Assembly (NCBI GenBank): GCA_964482155.1
Contig: CAYZWM010000002.1
Location: 1-47,173 of the forward strand
DNA from: an uncultured Chitinophagaceae bacterium
Lineage (GTDB): Bacteria > Bacteroidota > Bacteroidia > NS11-12g > UBA9320
Length of the DNA: 47,173 nt
Direction of reading: 5' to 3'
This document shows, piece by piece, positions 45,353 to 47,173 of this stretch. A program made the position numbers and the translations under genes. The notes under the pieces are model-generated. The model was not told the DNA's origin, made no database searches, and worked only from the letters and a program-made list of their open reading frames with translations. The stretch's first letter is position 1; each line of letters opens with the position of its first letter.

Positions 45353-46657
45353 CTATTTTTTTCTAAAAAATATAGTGATGGGGACTCCTTTAAAATCGAA
45401 GTGTTTACGCAATTGGTTCTCTAAAAACCGAGTATAGGCATCACCAATATACTGCGGGAGGTTACAGAAAAACGCAAAACTCACTTTGCGAGTTTTGATT
45501 TGAGTCACGTATTTAATCTTAATGTACTTCCCTTTTTTAGCAGGAGGTGGTGTTTCTTGAATGATTTCCAACATCACGTCATTGAGTTTGGAAGTAGTTA
45601 TTCTCTTTTGCGTGTTGTTGTACACTTCAATCGCCGTTTCAACCGCTTTAAACACACGTTGCTTGGTAACGGCCGATATAAAGAGAATAGGCACGTCATT
45701 GAATGGAGCCAGCCGTTCTTTAATTTCTTCTTCGTAGAATTTGGTTGACTTATGATCTTTTTCAACCAGATCCCATTTATTGACCAATACCACCAACCCT
45801 TTACCATTTTTAGCCGCAAGGCTATATAAGTTGATGTCTTGAGCCTCTAAACCAACCGTCGCATCAAGCACCAATAGAACCACGTCGCTTTTCTCTATGG
45901 CTTTTATGCTTCGCATAACGCTATAGAATTCGATGTTGTTCATGGTTTTTCCTTTCTTACGTACTCCAGCGGTGTCTACCAGGGTAAAATCCATCCCAAA
46001 GGCTGAATATCGTGTATCGATCGTGTCTCGGGTAGTTCCTGCGATGTCGGTAACAATGTTTCGCTCTTCACCGAGCAATACATTACACAGCGAACTTTTT
46101 CCAACATTAGGTCTTCCAATAAGGGATATACGAGGCAAATCGTCCTCCTGTTCTACATGTTCGTCTGGAAGGAATTGAACGATGGCGTCCATCAATTCTC
46201 CTGTACCACTACCGGAAACGGAAGAAATTGGAATGACGTGTTCAAAGCCTAGGGAATAAAACGAATGCGACATGAGCAATCGTTCGTTATTATCTACTTT
46301 GTTAACGACGACAAGAATAGGCTTATTGGTTTTTCGCAAAAAACGTGCGAAGCTCTCATCCTGATCCGTAATATCCGTCAGTACGTCAACCATAAACATC
46401 AACACATCGGCTTCGCCAATGGCAATTTCAACTTGCTCGCGAATCGACTTTTCGAAAACGTCATTGGAGTTGGTGACATAGCCACCCGTATCGATGATGG
46501 TAAATTCCCGATTATTCCATTCCGATGTTCCGTAATGTCTATCACGTGTAACTCCTGAAGAGTCATCAACAATGGCCTTACGTTCGCCTGCTAAACGATT
46601 AAATATGGTAGATTTTCCTACGTTAGGTCTTCCGACGATAGCAACAATTCCCGACAT
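45353..46657 (-). CDS. der: Ribosome-biogenesis GTPase Der (EngA), double GTPase domain
   Basis: Two G domains, each with [16 protein letters not shown] and NKVD/NKWD motifs. KH-like C-terminus. Confidence 0.9.
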   Translation of the reverse strand: MSGIVAIVGRPNVGKSTIFNRLAGERKAIVDDSSGVTRDRHYGTSEWNNREFTIIDTGGYVTNSNDVFEKSIREQVEIAIGEADVLMFMVDVLTDITDQDESFARFLRKTNKPILVVVNKVDNNERLLMSHSFYSLGFEHVIPISSVSGSGTGELMDAIVQFLPDEHVEQEDDLPRISLIGRPNVGKSSLCNVLLGEERNIVTDIAGTTRDTIDTRYSAFGMDFTLVDTAGVRKKGKTMNNIEFYSVMRSIKAIEKSDVVLLVLDATVGLEAQDINLYSLAAKNGKGLVVLVNKWDLVEKDHKSTKFYEEEIKERLAPFNDVPILFISAVTKQRVFKAVETAIEVYNNTQKRITTSKLNDVMLEIIQETPPPAKKGKYIKIKYVTQIKTRKVSFAFFCNLPQYIGDAYTRFLENQLRKHFDFKGVPITIFFRKK

Positions 46658-46722
46658 ATGTGTATTTGAATGTGCAAAGGTCAGCGATTCTTAGTGAATC
46701 ACCTATCCCGAATGCGATTTTG

Positions 46723-47173
46723 TTATTTCTGTTTGTATCCGAAACGCTTGAGTTGAGTGTCGTCGTTTCTCCATTTCTCACGGACTTTAACGAACAACTC
46801 TAAAAAGACTTTATCGTCAAGCATTTTTTCTATATCTCTTCTGGCTTCTGAACCCACTCGTTTTAGCCCCAGCCCTCGTTTTCCTATGATGATTACTTTT
46901 TGAGAATCCCGTTCGCAATAAATAATAGCCGTAATCTTGGTTAACGTCTTTTTTTCTTTGAACTCATCAACCACCACCTCAATGCTGTAGGGGATTTCCT
47001 GCTGGTAATGCGTCAATATTTTTTCTCTGATAATTTCAGAAACAAAAAACCGTTCGTTTCGATCGGTCAGTTGGTCTGCAGGGAAATAGGCTGGATGTTC
47101 AGGACAAAGCTCATAAATCTGATCCACCAGACCTTGAATATTAAAACCCCGTAAAGCGGATATGATTAACGTT
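46723..47173 (-). CDS. era: GTPase Era, C-terminal part (KH domain); 5' end lies beyond the right edge of the window
   Basis: The reading frame stays open upstream of the track's GTG start to position 47173 (...TLIISALRGFNIQGLVDQIYELCPEHPAYFP...). RFFVSEIIREKIL and IIIGKRGLGLKRVGSEARRDIE are typical of Era. Confidence 0.85.
   Translation of the reverse strand, partial: TLIISALRGFNIQGLVDQIYELCPEHPAYFPADQLTDRNERFFVSEIIREKILTHYQQEIPYSIEVVVDEFKEKKTLTKITAIIYCERDSQKVIIIGKRGLGLKRVGSEARRDIEKMLDDKVFLELFVKVREKWRNDDTQLKRFGYKQK

Noticed and set aside
1-47173. I looked for tRNA T-loop signatures (GGTTCGAATCC-like), rRNA, CRISPR-type spaced direct repeats, IS terminal inverted repeats, transposases, integrases, and phage or toxin-antitoxin genes.
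   Set aside because: None was seen by eye. The search was manual, so small or degenerate elements could have been missed. A tRNAscan/Infernal/ISfinder run would settle this.

Overview
This window looks like a chromosomal segment of a Bacteroidota genome. The evidence is three proteins with T9SS C-terminal sorting domains, a PorV/PorQ-like outer-membrane barrel, a type III glutamine synthetase, and many exact TAnnTTTG '-7' promoter boxes with almost no Shine-Dalgarno sequences. About 43 protein genes are tightly packed. Most are housekeeping (prfA, GSIII, purM, rlmN, anmK, der, era, hscA, lhgO, a short-chain threonine dehydrogenase, a Ctp protease), mixed with envelope and secreted proteins. 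I saw no rRNA, tRNA, CRISPR array, transposase, integrase or recognisable phage or defence genes, so this is not an obvious mobile island. Six things stand out. (1) An ECF sigma factor is followed by a putative anti-sigma protein fused to an outer-membrane beta-barrel and then by a Cys-rich lipoprotein. Two near-identical ECF-type promoters (ATGTAACGAA-N12-ATTGTCTT) sit in front of the sigma gene and the lipoprotein gene. (2) A different bipartite element (GATGCAACC-N14-CAGACTAATTACT, read on the minus strand) occurs with identical spacing upstream of two unrelated genes 13.6 kb apart: a cytochrome c peroxidase and a large T9SS repeat protein. (3) rlmN is split by a frameshift. (4) A vWA protein is paired with a ChlI-like AAA+ ATPase of unknown function, and the ATPase has an Asn in the Walker B motif. 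(5) An orphan hscA is translationally coupled to an outer-membrane barrel and a lytic transglycosylase. (6) Four functionally unrelated genes (acpH-like, PorV-like, hbd-like, degenerate Rieske-like lipoprotein) overlap or nearly abut. All functional calls come from reading the translated sequence from memory of the families, with no database search. Start codons are often TTG or GTG and several are uncertain.
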